From Octopus sinensis (taxonomy: Eukaryota), in assembly GCF_006345805.1 (NCBI RefSeq), contig NC_042997.1:49476001-49540000 (forward strand): a stretch of DNA of 64,000 bases, written 5' to 3'. The notes under the pieces were generated by a model. The model was given only the letters and a program-made list of their open reading frames with translations, searched no databases and had not been told where the DNA came from. Made by a program: the position numbers and the translations under genes. Shown in pieces: positions 25,063-38,401 of the stretch. The stretch's first letter is position 1. Each line of letters opens with the position of its first letter.

Positions 25063-25812
25063 GGATGAAGATCTTGTTTCACGCGCTGTGTCACTTGTTT
25101 ACCGGGTCTAAGTCATTCCTTACGCTGCTTCATATTGATGTACAAACCAGTAACGATTCGGTAAAGAAATCGTTGCTTGTGTCCATGATTTGAGCGGTGA
25201 CGAGCAAGCAAACCAGCGGAGATTGTGGAGCTTTCATTTTTGTTGTTGTCACTTAAAGCGTGCGAAACCCATATTCAATACTTCTGAACCTTTCCCATCG
25301 AGTGAAGATGCTTCTCTATAGCGGTGTGTGAGCATTCCATTTTCTCTGCCAGTTCCCTTGTTGTTTGACGAGAATTTTCGTGCAAAAGTTGGTTTAATCG
25401 CCCTTCATCGAACTCAATTGGACGGCCAGAACGAGGTGCGTCTTTGAGGTAAAAATTTTCATTTTTGAACTTGGCATTCAAACCACGAGCGGTTCTTTCA
25501 GCTATGGCACCCTCTCCATGCACAGCACGAATGTCGTTAGCAGCTTTTGCGGCCTTAGAACCTTGATTAAACGCAAAAAAAAGGAGGTGTCGAAAATGCT
25601 CGTTTTTCTTAACTTGACATTACATTTTAATGATCTGAAAATAAACAAAAATTAACTAAAATTAACTAGAAAACAACGAAACAAAATAGATTGCAAAATG
25701 ATTCAAAAAGAGAATTCTCGAAATAAATAGATTCCAAAATTTAAAAACGCAATAAATTCCAAAAAAAAACCAAAAAAAAAAAAAACGGGCGGGAACTTAG
25801 TTAGCAACCAAT
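25063..25812 (-). mobile_element. mariner (DD34D-type) 5' fossil
   Basis: GEGAIAERTARGLNAKFKNENFYLKDAPRSGRP...TTRELAEKM...LHSMGKVQK and RIVT...YINMKQRK; TIR-like end near 25790-25812. Confidence 0.85.
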
Positions 25813-26374
25813 GGAATATAGCACTAGTGAAGTATTCCAATTAGATTTAATCGACTAGCCTTTCTCTAAAATTGTGATTTGTGCCTATGATAAAAAAATG
25901 CTTTTGCTTTAGCTATTATTGTTAAAACTGTCACAGCGGAAAAAAAAAAATTTTCCGTCTGTGGCACTACATTCCTGAAAACGATGCCTATTAATTCCTT
26001 CCTTTAACTTCATTCTGATGCTGGTTATAAGTTGAAAAACAGATGTTTCCTTCACTGGAAATACTGCGTATGAGAGGTGTCAATCTGATTCAACCAAACG
26101 CTAGGTAAAAATATACTGAAGCTAAACATAGTTATAAAGTCTTATATATATATACATGTCTATAAGTTTTCCTTTCTGTTGATTTTGGGTGACATTGTAG
26201 CGAAAACTACAATTACTATTCTACCATTCTCACGATAAAAAAAGCAGGAAAAAGACAATTATTATCAACCGAAACTGACAATCGTGATAATGTTGTAGGC
26301 AAGAGTGATGGAGGGTCTGGTAGAGTTGTCCTTAAAAAAACAAAATAATATAAAAAGTTTCAGGTCATAGCGTA

Positions 26375-26488
26375 CCACATTTATTATCTTAATAATTTAC
26401 TAAAAGGGAACATTATTGATAAAGACGATTTAAAAGACACACATATATATATACATACTCACACACACACACATATATATACATATAT

Positions 26489-26543
<55 letters not shown>

Positions 26544-26778
26544 TATATATATATATATGCATATATATATATATATGCATATATATATATATATATAATA
26601 TATATATATATTATATATATATATATTATATATATATGTACTTACATACACACATACACACAAATACACATATGTATATGTATATATATGTATTTCTGTG
26701 TGGGTTTATATGTGTGTACCACATTTATTATCTTAATAATTTACTAAAAGGGAACATTATTGATAAAGATGGTTTAAA

Positions 26779-26820
<42 letters not shown>

Positions 26821-26883
26821 ATATATATATATATATACATACTCACACACACCACACACACATGTTTATACATATATATATGT

Positions 26884-26914
<31 letters not shown>

Positions 26915-27009
26915 CTATATATATATATATACATACTCACACACACACACATATATATACATATATATATGTATATATATGTATTTCTGTGTGGGTTTAT
27001 ATGTGTGTA
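26375..27009. repeat. Local tandem duplication (about 344-bp and 290-bp units) containing microsatellites
   Basis: ccacatttattatcttaataatttactaaaagggaacattattgataaaga...gtatttctgtgtgggtttatatgtgtgta occurs at 26375 and 26719. Confidence 0.9.
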
Positions 27010-27348
27010 TGAATGAGTGAGTGTATGAATTATCGTGGGAGATGCGCGAAGCAGTGGTTGAAAGTAAACCAACTTCTATAATAGTTCAAATATGTGTGAG
27101 AGCTATTTGGATCTCTAGATGGTTCTTCACTGCAGTTTGTCTTAGAGAAAAAAGATCTTACTAGAGACAGAAAAAAAAAAAATGCTGTTAAGTACCATAG
27201 TCAGCTCAAAGCGACCATTACTGGACAGATAGGTATTTCGAACTAATTTTGTTCTCATCAGCACCAGCAACCGAATAGATGAAACTTTCAAATAAGAAGT
27301 CTAGTTTTCCTTACAAGAAATCAATCAATCAACCACTCAATCAACATA

Positions 27349-27746
27349 TCTTTATATATAAAAGTAAGGTTGTGTGCTGTCTGTCTCCTACGATTTAGAT
27401 TCCTAACTACTCCCACATTTTGCGCTGCAGTTTAACCAAAACCGGGTATCTTATAGTCGTGATTCATATCGAGCCCTTCTGGGTATTAGCGCGCGTCTAC
27501 AATGAGTCTACGATTTAAAAAAAAATTGCCATCAATTTTTCTCATTTTTAATGCATTTTTGGCATATATAAGGGAAGTAACTCTCTAGAAATTTATGATT
27601 AAATCTCAGAACGTAAAAAGCTACAGTAACACCCCCCTCCCTTTGTGGTTAGCCATATTGAGATGGCTATTATACTTTACATCTCTAAAAATGCTTATAT
27701 AGTTATTTCCCTTACAAACCCGAGCAACGCCGGGCGATACTGCTAG
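27349..27746 (+). mobile_element. Non-autonomous Helitron
   Basis: A|TC start, subterminal hairpin cccg-agcaacg-ccggg, CTAG|T end. Confidence 0.8.
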
Positions 27747-28364
27747 TATATATATGTATATATATATATATATAATTATATATATATATAATATATATAT
27801 ATACATGTATGTATATACATGTGTGCGCGCACGCACTTACATACACACAGTTAACGAAGGGATAAAATATATCATAAGATGACGAGAAATTTTCTTTGCG
27901 CAACGTTTAGCAATGGTAAAAGCGAATTCAACTCGGTACTCGGTATTACGGAAATGCATAAGCACGTGCGCAGACACACACAAACGCATACACAAATTTA
28001 CACACACGCACATACACACGCGTACATACAAATATGTGTGAAAACACCTGATTTTAATTTGCCAATCATTTATAAAGTTTCCAAACTTAAATATTTTAGT
28101 TTAAATATGCAAACTGATTTCATAGAAATAAAAAGTTAAAACAACTGTTTAATATTTATTCTGCACTCGTACATACAGCCGGAAGTGGAGATTACTAAAC
28201 CGCATTATATATATATATATATATATTTGTTTTAAATATTTTAATTAATTGTATCTTATTTTTTAAACAAGAATATATTTGTTAAGATATTTCGTATATT
28301 ACAAGATTATTTACGTATATTTATTAATTCATATAATTAATTATTTTATTATTGTTGTTATCTT

Positions 28365-28468
28365 TAACCTGAAAAGTGGCTATATTTATATTGAAGTGAT
28401 TTTACTACTACTACTATTAATTTTACTATTATCGTTTCTTAAATATAGCCACGAAACACGTGTCGTTA
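28365..28468 (+). ncRNA. Minimal type-I hammerhead ribozyme with core substitution (CTGAAAA), probably inactive
   Basis: TAAC-CTGAAAA-[GTGGCTATATTTA...TAAATATAGCCAC, 13-bp perfect stem II]-GAAA-C-ACGT-G-TC-GTTA; palindrome ACACGTGT. Confidence 0.75.
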
Positions 28469-29874
28469 TTCTACCAAATATATACGTTTTATTTATTATT
28501 TTGCACATTACTTAATCATTGTTATATGTCTTGTCTTATATTTAATCTTTCTATAATATGTAATTTTTCGAAATGGTATTATTTAATTTTTCTTTATTGA
28601 GTTGATAAAAGGTGTTTTTTTTTCTAATTTATATATATATATATATATATATAACATGTATATCTGGTATGTCTTTGATGACTATGTAGTGCACACTGCT
28701 AGAAACAGCAGCGTGTAAGTCGTCTATGACCCCACAAGTCAGAAAACAATATGCACTCATGTATTTGTCAATAGAGTAGGTAAATTAATCAAAGTATTCA
28801 GATTCTTTTTTCCCCATACCATCTCTGAAGCACATGTGGTATTACTTAACCCTGATGTTATCTGATCCCCAGTTACTTAATACCAAGTGCGGGACTGATT
28901 GATAAGATTGGCTGAAATGTATCAGTAATACTGTATACTTTGAAATATGTGTGTGTGTGTGTGTGCGCTCGTGCGCACGTACATGTTTGTACGTATATAT
29001 ATTCTAGGAGCAACAAGCTGAAAAGAAACTATGTCTGCTACTTAGAATAAAGAACTCAACGATATGTCTGAGAATGGATAAAATATTTAATCTGCAACCG
29101 TTAATCCGACAAGTTTATAAAGTGCTTATGATATCAACAAAATATTCGTTTTAAATACATTTTTAAAAGTAATTTCTTTGCTGCGACTCAGATATGAAGG
29201 GAAGATCTCATACATGAAGAGAATATGAAAATTAGGAGCAGAATCATGACTATCGATGTTCCAGGGTCAAATATAATTTCATAAAATATTTCATGCAAAT
29301 ATCTAAAAAGAGACGCATATTGAATTAGATACTAAAGGTATATATACAAAAAGAAAAAAAAGCTATAGGATTAAAATAATCTGTAGTTATTTCCACTTTT
29401 ATTTTGCTGGTTTTGTTTTTCCTTTGCAAAACATTCGTCGGAGTCGTTTGTAAAACAACATTCGATGAAAGGGTTGCTAAACTACAAAAGGCTGAGAGCC
29501 ATTGATCTACTGCAATTAACGTTCCCAGATGATCTTCATACTTATTATCGACAGCAAGTTTCTTTTAACGACAAATAAATGGGAAATTGTCCCAAGCGAA
29601 ACTGCACAGATTGTCAGTAGAAAATATGCACAGTTCGGAAAATGGAGAATCAAGTTCGATAGAAGAATCATTTTCCGCGACAAATTCGGAACCTAATAAA
29701 TGTGAGGATAGTGTAGCGAAATATCAATAACGTGGAATCAGCCAATTCGAAAATACTTCTCGCAAGAAATTTTCTTTTGCTCTTTCTCATTAGATGTTTT
29801 CTCGTTTAGTCCCAGGATAACAGTGACTGAACAGACCTGTTATCAAGCGTATTCCAACCGTAACCGCACCGTAT

Positions 29875-30310
29875 TTTACTGGTTTCAACTAAAGGCTGGT
29901 GCCATGCTGGAGCACTGCTTTTCAGTGTTTTTGGGTACTCCTTTCTATACTGTTTTTGGTGAAGAGGCGATTTGACGGAGCTGCTCTTCTGGGATTTCAA
30001 AAAGAAATTTGTCGAGGTGCTTTTTGAAGGTTTCCATATCTATGCCTCACAAATCTATGAGGTTCTTTGGCAGTATTTTGAACAGTTGTTATTCCCTAAA
30101 ACCCAGGTTGTTGCAGCATTGGGTCCTTATCCAAGATGAAGAAAACGAGATCTTTAGTATTATGCAGTGCCGTCCGGGATCTTTCATATAGATAACCCTG
30201 CATAGCTTTCTCGCCTTCTGTCCAGGGAGTAGAGCTTCACTTCTTGTGGCCTCCCGCAGTAGTTCACCGTGTCAATATTTTTTGTGTTATCGAATATTTC
30301 TTCAAATTTT
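29875..30310 (-). mobile_element. CR1-group LINE 3' end
   Basis: KLYSLDRRRE...LFKILPKNL...FKKHLDKFLFEIPE, followed by the tail aaagcagtgctccagcatggc. Confidence 0.75.
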
Positions 30311-30837
30311 TAAGTGGGGAAAGTGTAATCTGAAGAAGCAACCATATAGCAGTGCTCACGTTTGCTTAAATTTGTGTCAAACTTTTTTGCGTTTGTTTCA
30401 AAGTATTCGAAACCTGAATGTTTAAAGGGCATAGGCTACCGAGACAAAAAATAAAAACAAGAAAAAAGAAATGTCGGTTGAGTTACTCCTAAACTCCAAA
30501 CAAACATATGAGTTAACAGCTTATATAGTTGCGCCCAACGAGATAATATGTATTCGTTCAGCGGAGTCAGTGTTGTATAACAGTTGACACCAAAAACGAA
30601 CATTTCGAAAATAGGAAGCTCACCCACATTGAGAAAACAAAGAAAGGGTGGAGAAAGATTCTTCGCCAAATTTTTGAAAAAACCTTATAATTTGTATACT
30701 TTAGCGTACACTCTACTCTTCTCCCCCTCTCTCTCTACCTCTCTATCTCTTTGTCCCTGTCTGTCTATCTGTCTCTCTCTTCTTCGCGCTCTCCTTTGGT
30801 CTCTTGCTGGCTCTGTTTCTATCCTTCATGGTGTCGA

Positions 30838-31260
30838 CACATACATACATACAGACATACATACATACACACATACATACATACATACACACACATACAT
30901 ACATACAGACAGACATACAGACATACATACATACATACATACATACATACATACATACATACATACACATACATACATCATACAGACAGACATACATACA
31001 TACACACATACATACATACATACATACACACACATACATACATACAGACAGACATACAACATACATACATACATACATACATACATACATACACACACAT
31101 ACATACATACAGACAGACATAATACATACATACATACATATACATGCATGCATGCATACAAACATGCATGCATGCATACATTCATACATACATGCATGCA
31201 TACATACATACATACATACATACATACATACATACAATACACACAAAGTCACATACAGAC
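30838..31260. repeat. Long (CATA)n/(CAGA)n array
   Basis: Direct reading. Confidence 0.95.
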
Positions 31261-31929
31261 GCACTCATAAGTACATATATTCCTAAACATATATTATGCA
31301 AAGAATGGCTGTATATACATACATACATATTTACACACACACATATATATATATACAAACACACATTTACACACACGCTCGCACAACACACACACACACA
31401 TACTCACATAACTATTTCTCTCCATCACTATGCTAGTGTGTGTATGTCTGTGAACCTGTTTATGTGAGTCTGTATTTTGATCGTGTGTGTGCGCGTGCGA
31501 GCTTGCGTGTGCGCTTGTGTATATGCGTGTGTGCGCATGTGTGTGTTTGTGTGTGTGTGTGTGAGTGTGTGTGAGTGTGTGTGTGTTTGTGTGTTTGTGC
31601 GTTTGTGTGTGTGTGTGTGCGTGTGTGTGTGTGCGTAATGACATCAAAACATTCAACCTTGCATGAAACAATGATGAGAGAACATTTCTGAGAGTCAGAA
31701 GAACAGAAAATTCTAACAAAATTTCAAGCAACTTTCTTCTGAAACCTCATATGCGGGTGGGGTGGGGGTGGTGGTACTGTTTTTGGGTGGAAAATTACTA
31801 AAAGAAGAAAACAAAACACGAAAATAAAAATGAGCTACAATAAAAGACGACAAACAAAAGGACACACGCACACACAAACTACAAAGTGAAGGAACAAAAA
31901 CCCCGAAGAGTCGTGAAAAATTTTCTTTG

Positions 31930-32377
31930 CATTATTTTCTAACTTTATTCATTCGATCGCCCTTTTCTTTCCTTCGGCTTTCTTCGTCTCTTTTCATCAT
32001 TATTTCTTTCATTATTTATTTCTAGCCTACATTTCTTTCTTTTATTCATTCATCTTTTTCTTACTCTCTTCTTCATCGTGTCCTTTCTTTCGGCTTCTCT
32101 TCTTTTTTATCGTCTTTTTCTCTTTATTTCTGTCTCGTTTTTCTTTTGTTTCTTTCTCTTCCGTTCTTTCTTTCTTTCATTCGTGTTTCTTCTTTGGATT
32201 TTCATTCATCTTTCACACTTTCATTTTCTCTTCCTTTTTCTTACGTTTTTTCTTTCATCCAGTCGGTTCTTTTTCCCCCTAGTCCCCTGTCTTTCATTCG
32301 TATTTCTTTTTTATATCTCTTTCGTGCAGTCATTCATTCACACGCTCTTTTTTCTTTCCTTCTTTCTTCCTTCCTTC

Positions 32378-32430
<53 letters not shown>

Positions 32431-32481
32431 TCAAACATTATCGTCCATTCATCCATTCATTGATTTATTGTTGGTCTTGTT

Positions 32482-32532
<51 letters not shown>

Positions 32533-32640
32533 ACTACTACTACTACCACTGCTACTACTACTACTACTTTCTGTTTCATTCCTTTCTCGTCAATTTACTA
32601 TGTGTTCTTTCATTCTTCCTTTCTTCTCCTTTCTTCATCC
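31930..32640. repeat. Pyrimidine-rich low-complexity tract with (CTTT)n and (ACT)n
   Basis: Direct reading. Confidence 0.85.
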
Positions 32641-32956
32641 ACCGCCACACATCCACAAACACACTCACTCTCTCAGACTTCCCTTTTACTTCAATGGCTC
32701 ATGTTCGGGATTTTGTTTGTAGGTTAATTTACTGAAGACCAACGTACATACGCACCGACGTAAGTTTACACATCGGCCTTTACAATACACATTCCAAGTA
32801 GTTAGTCAGACGGTGTAAAACTGTCCAGAACACACAAACGTTTCTTCTCCGTTGTCATGCCACGCCCTGTAAGTCAACTCGAATGTTCTCATAGGGACAA
32901 TAGAGTAGACATTTAGAAGTGATCGTATAGAGTGGGGGCGGAGAGAGGAAGATAGA

Positions 32957-33005
<49 letters not shown>

Positions 33006-33322
33006 TAAATAAACAATTAAAGAGAGAGAGAGAGGAGAGGAGACGATAAAAAACAGCAGAAACAAAACATAAAAGAAAAAAGAAAAAAAGAAATGAGTGA
33101 ACGAAGAGATATACTTTAGAATTTCTAGCATGATATTTCAAGATTCGGATTTCAATTTTCAATTGCGTGGTTTTAAATGTTTCATGTATTACTTTTCAGT
33201 GTTTAAAAGATCCATAGACTTGTACCAGTAATATAGTGGTGTCAGCTTAATCAAAAAGGAAATGAACTAAGAGAAACAATTTAGAGAGGCCACTGGCTTG
33301 TATTTGAGCAACATAGACAAAT

Positions 33323-33638
33323 GCATATTCTGTTGTGTCTGGGGAGAGTCATTTTATTTTTGTGCCTTATAATGTAACACACACACCGGTAAAATTCCAC
33401 TTATTTCTTACTTGTATTTTCCTAAAATTTTCTTATTTTTATTTTCCTAAAATTTTCGTTGCGTCTTGCAACCTTTTCAATAGTCTTGAAAAAAGTCAAG
33501 ACTATTGAAAAGGTTGCAAGACGCAACGAAAATTTTATGAAAATAAAAATAAGAAATAAGTGGAAATTTTACCGGTGAGTGTGTTACATTATAAGGCACA
33601 AAAAGAAAATGACTCTCCCCAGACACAACAGAATATGC
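33323..33638. repeat. Near-perfect long hairpin, about 142-166-bp arms and 8-nt loop
   Basis: gcatattctgttgtgtctgggg...aatagtcttg-aaaaaagt-caagactatt...ccccagacacaacagaatatgc; the left arm carries an extra duplication of about 22 bp. Confidence 0.95.
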
Positions 33639-33856
33639 TTCAATACACGAACTCATATAAAGAATCTTGCAAACCAAATCCAAAAACGAAATAGACAAAT
33701 GCAGATATATCAAATACCATGTAACATAAATTCTTGATTTATTAAAACTATTTCCGCCACTAGAGGATGTGTCATAATTTCCAAATAACGATATCTCTAT
33801 ATGAAAAAGGGGAAATTAACTCAAGAGTCAAGAATTTCTCCAAAGTTGATACGCCA

Positions 33857-34220
33857 TTAAAGAAAAGGATAGGTTTGTCTGGAGATATGACGATAGTTGT
33901 GGATAAGTGTTTCTGGCTCAAAAACAGATGAACGCTTAATTCTGTTTAAATTATGCAAATTATATAGGCTATGAATGTGTTGAGCACTTTTTGTATATGT
34001 CGAATTCCCTTGGTTGCTGAACGAGTGTCGTGCTGATGATGCATATTGAGGCTGAAACATGTGTATTTGTCGTTCTTCTTATCTCCAGAATACTCCTGAC
34101 ATACACCACCAAAGAAAGATTATGCAATAAACTTTCTAAAATATTAAACACCATTAGAGAAAAAAAGAACTTGCTTTACCAGACACGGCTTGGAAATCAA
34201 GGAGGATCTGGTTAGTAATA
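33857..34220 (-). mobile_element. Penelope-like element GIY-YIG endonuclease fossil
   Basis: VVYV(R)S...FQPQYA..RHSFSNQGNSTYTKSAQHIHSL..IKRS resembles the YIG...RY..H..SF.N...T.LS.HIW.L...IKW pattern of PLE endonucleases. Confidence 0.55.
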
Positions 34221-34457
34221 TTCTACTTCAACATGGTTATCATCGATTTGGTTATCCCATAAAGACATTCGTCGATCAACCAACAAATGATATTGGATGT
34301 CAGTGAATGAAGCAATCACGTGACATGGAAATTAGAGATGAGTGGAGTATCAGGATCATGTCGATCTACAGACTCAACTCGTGATACAAACACAGAACGC
34401 ACTGTTAAAAAAAAAACACCCCTCCCAAAAAACTTACTCCATCAAGCGAGAGACAAA

Positions 34458-34860
34458 AATCATCATCATCGTTTAACGTCCACTTTCCATGCTGGCATGG
34501 GTTGGACGGTTTGACATGGAGGCTGGTCAGTTGGAAGTTGTCCAGACTCGAATTGTTTGTTGTGGCATGGTTTCTGCGGCTGGATACTCTTCCTAACGTC
34601 AACTATTTAACAGATTGTGCTGGGTGCTTTTTACGCGTCACCAGCACAGGTGAATTTTATGTGGAACCGCCACCTGCAAAGGACAGGCCGCTATGTGTGG
34701 AAGAGAGTGATTTTGCTTAGCTTGACCTATCTTATCAAGTGCAGCAAATTGCCACGTCTCGGGTTCCCTTATCACCACCTCGTTCCATGTCTTTCTGGGT
34801 CTACACCTTCCACAGGTACCTTCCACAATTGGAGTTCGGCGCGTAAATCCACATACTGTA
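34458..34860 (-). mobile_element. RTE-clade LINE 3' end with (GAT)n tail
   Basis: EGTCGRCRPRKTWNEVV motif (RTE C-terminal GRPRKTW); atcatcatcatc tail at the left end. Confidence 0.8.
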
Positions 34861-34877
34861 CTTATATCTATATATTA

Positions 34878-35224
34878 TTTTCTACTCTAGGCACGAGGCC
34901 TGAAATTTATGGATTGAGACCAGTACACAACTGGTACTTAATTTATCGACCCCGAAAGGATGAAAGGTAAAGCCGACCTCGGCAGAATTTGAAATCATAA
35001 TATAAAGACAGACGAAATAGCTATTTCTTTACTACCCACAAGGGACTAAACACAGAGGGGACAAACAAGGACAGACAAACGGATTAAGTCGATTACATCG
35101 ACCCCAGTGTGTAACTGGTACTTAATTTATCGACCCCGAAAGGACGAAACTCAGAACGTAACGGCAGACGAAATACCGCTAAGCATTTTGCCCGGCATGC
35201 TAACGTTTCTGCCAGCTCGCCGTC
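34878..35224 (-). mobile_element. SINE family B compound (tail1 unit joined to tail2 unit)
   Basis: Junction gacgaaatag|ctatttc at 35020/35021. Confidence 0.88.
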
Positions 35225-35244
35225 TTATTAAATCCATGTATTAG

Positions 35245-35450
35245 TTTCTGCTCTAGGTAGAAGGCCCGAAATTTTGGGGGAGGGGGGCAATCGATTAGAT
35301 CGCCCTGGTACGCAACTGGTACTTGATTTATCGACCCCGAAAGGATGAAAGGCAAAGTCGACCTCGGAGAAATTTGAACTCAGAACGTAAAGACAGACGA
35401 TAAACTGTTAAGTATTTCGCCCGGCGAGCTAACGCTTCTGCCAGCTCGCT
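35245..35450 (-). mobile_element. SINE family B, tail2 solo copy
   Basis: Head, body and ggcccgaaattttgggggagggg tail. Confidence 0.88.
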
Positions 35451-35994
35451 GCATTATTAAATCTATATATTGTACATTGAATACATATATATATATATTT
35501 CTGGTTAGATCTTCGACGAATATACTTGGGATTCCTTAACGACAATGCAACCTTCATATAGTTAAGGCATCTTCGGCCTGACGAGTAGCTAGCTGAGTGC
35601 CTCTCGTTACACACACGCACGCACTCCCACACATGTATGTGTGTGTGTGTTTATATACGTATGTATGTATTTTGGACAAGAAAGCATCAATAAATTCATG
35701 ATTCATAGAAATTATGTTTTCTTCCAGAGAAACTAAATGAAAACATAACTGCAACTACAACGAATTCCAAATGAGAAGAGGTTATAATCCCAAAGAAATC
35801 AACAATCAATCTTCTGAATTAAGATGCCACTCAGGAAAATGTAATCTTCTTTTTTTTTCTTTTGGAGATAAGAGGACAGCTTTGGGGGAGGTGTTTCTGC
35901 CTAATTACGCGTCATCAGAACGAGTCGGAACCTTATGTCTTTTATAAGACAGGATTGCTTAATAGATATACTGTCATATAAACACATACACTCA

Positions 35995-36020
35995 AATATA
36001 TGTATGTATGTTTGTATGTA

Positions 36021-36051
<31 letters not shown>

Positions 36052-36148
36052 ATGTATGTATGTATGTATGTATGTATGTATGTATGTATGTATGTATGTA
36101 TATGTATTTGTCCAGAAATCCGAGCGGTTATATATGTATATGTATACG

Positions 36149-36205
<57 letters not shown>

Positions 36206-36280
36206 CGCACACACATACATACACACCCACATATACATACATACATACATACATACATACATACATACATACATACATAC
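35995..36280. repeat. Compound (TATG)n/(TCTG)n/(TA)n/(CATA)n microsatellite
   Basis: Direct reading. Confidence 0.9.
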
Positions 36281-36496
36281 ACTCAGAAAATGGTTGTGAT
36301 ATACATCTGTTAAGTTTCATCGTTACAACCACACCTTGTCTCCTGAAACTGATACTTCAGACTGTGAGCAGTGGAAACAATAAATGTGAGAGTGATCGTA
36401 ACGTCTGTTCGACATCTTTCTATTGTCATTAGCACAGCGTATATTTACAGTTTGTTATTTTAGATCAAACTCCTTGTGTGGTAAATTCCTAACACA

Positions 36497-36497
<1 letters not shown>

Positions 36498-36572
<75 letters not shown>
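36498..36572. repeat. (GA)n microsatellite
   Basis: Direct reading. Confidence 0.95.
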
Positions 36573-36577
<5 letters not shown>

Positions 36578-37027
36578 AACATATAAGGATATACTGACAA
36601 ATCACGTTACTTACTACGAACAACAAAGCAGAAAGGACCGTTATTAACGTACACAGACCGAACAGACAGATACACACGCAGGCACAGATATCCACACACA
36701 CACACATATATACACAAATGCACACGCATACACATACACACGTGCACACGCACGCACATGTACACACATCAACGTTAACGCCCGCAATCGCACATGGACA
36801 GGCACCTATATGAACAGAATTGGGATTAAGTATGTGATTAAAGTAAACCCTCTGGATATTACTGGATATTACTGTCCGAATGCTCTAGGCCCAGGTTTCC
36901 ATAGGTTAATAATTGATAGAAATTGCAACATTCTCCCTGAATGGGACGCCAACACGTTGCAGACTTATTCAATTGCCGTTGAGTTGACTGGAATAACATG
37001 AAATGAAGTATTTCGCTCAAGCACATG

Positions 37028-38209
37028 CAGGCGTTGGACAAAATAATGGAAACACCTGGCATCACAGCATCATAATTTTGGAATATCTGTAAAACTGTCA
37101 AAAGCTTGTCTATTTTTATGTCTTTTGATTTATTAGTGTTGCTTAATATGTTTTGCTAAAATTGCTGTTTCGTTTCCGATATCAACAGAAAAAGGTAATT
37201 AAAAATTCATTAAAATGACAGATCTATCGGACTTTCAAAGAGGTCAAATTGTTGGTGCTCCTATGGCAGGCGCTAGAATAACAAAAAACAGCCGAAATGT
37301 TTGGTATATCAAGAAGTTCTGTATTGAAAGTAATAACAGCCTTGGAGAAACAGGGGGAAAACCTCCCCGTCGAAACAAAACTTCGGAAGAAAACAAAAAC
37401 ATTCAGATAGGGACCGTCGAACTCTTACGTGAATTGTTAGAAAGGATTACAAAAGTGCAGCTCCCAAAATTACCGCAGAGTTTAACGACCACGTGAAGAA
37501 CCCAGTTTTCACAAAAACTGTTCATCGGGAGCTACACATAGCCGGATTTCACGGGAGGGCCGCAATCAGAAAACCACTACTTTCAAAAGCAAACGTTGCA
37601 AAGCGTTTAGAGTAGAGTAAAAACCTACAGAATTGGTCCCTAGAGCAGTGGGAGAATGTTATTTTCTCGGACGAGTGATTCTTTACCTTATTTCCGACCA
37701 CCGGCCGAGTATACGTGTGCAGACAGCTAAAACAAACATTTAAACATGGAGGAGGATACGTGGTGATCTGGTGGCCGGGGGGGGGGGGCTATATATTTGA
37801 AATCCGCCTGCGTAATGCTTTCCTTTCATAGCAGAATTAATTGTCAAGACTATTTAAGCATTTTATCTGATCAAATTTATCCTTTCAGGATGATAATGCA
37901 CCAATTCACACAGCCAAAGTTGTTACTGAATGGCACGAGTGAAGCTTAACGTCTAACCTGGCCACCACACCATAATACCCAGATTGAATATTTATGGCTC
38001 ATTTTAGAAAAACAAGTATAGAGTCGATATCCTCCACCATCATCACTACAAGAACTGGAGACTGTTTTAGTTGAAGAATGGACAAAAATTCAAATTTTTT
38101 ACGAGTCCATACCTCGTAGAATTCGAGCTGTAATTACAGCCAAATTACCCCATATTAAAATTAATTTGTTTAAAATTTTAAGAAGTTTCCATTATTTTGC
38201 TCAACCACA
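37028..38209 (+). mobile_element. Near full-length decayed Tc1-family transposon
   Basis: MTDLSDFQRGQIVGA start, VIFSDE, FQDDNAPIHT, WPP, RRIRAVITAK; TIRs ..gacaaaataatggaaac.. / ..gtttccattattttgctc.. Confidence 0.88.
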
Positions 38210-38401
38210 TAACGTACTGCCTAGTCCGGAAATCGAAATCAGAGAGTAGATTATGGTATCCCAGAACATCATAATCCACTCTCTAGCAGCGATGATAAAT
38301 TAGAGCGGAACCCAAGTTTTATGTGTGCATGTGAGTGTGTCTGTGTATACATGCATGAATATGTATGTGTGTGTATGTTTAGTAGAACCAACAGAACAAT
38401 A

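Noticed and set aside
34033-34066. CTGATGA...GAAACATGTGTA hammerhead-like string on the plus strand
   Set aside because: Stem II is only 2 bp, stem I does not pair next to the core, the loop is not a full palindrome, and the opposite strand reads as GIY-YIG coding sequence.
35890-35925. Minus-strand CTGATGACGCGTAATTAGGCAGAAACACCTC
   Set aside because: Stem II is mismatched and there is no GUH geometry or stem I; at best a decayed remnant.
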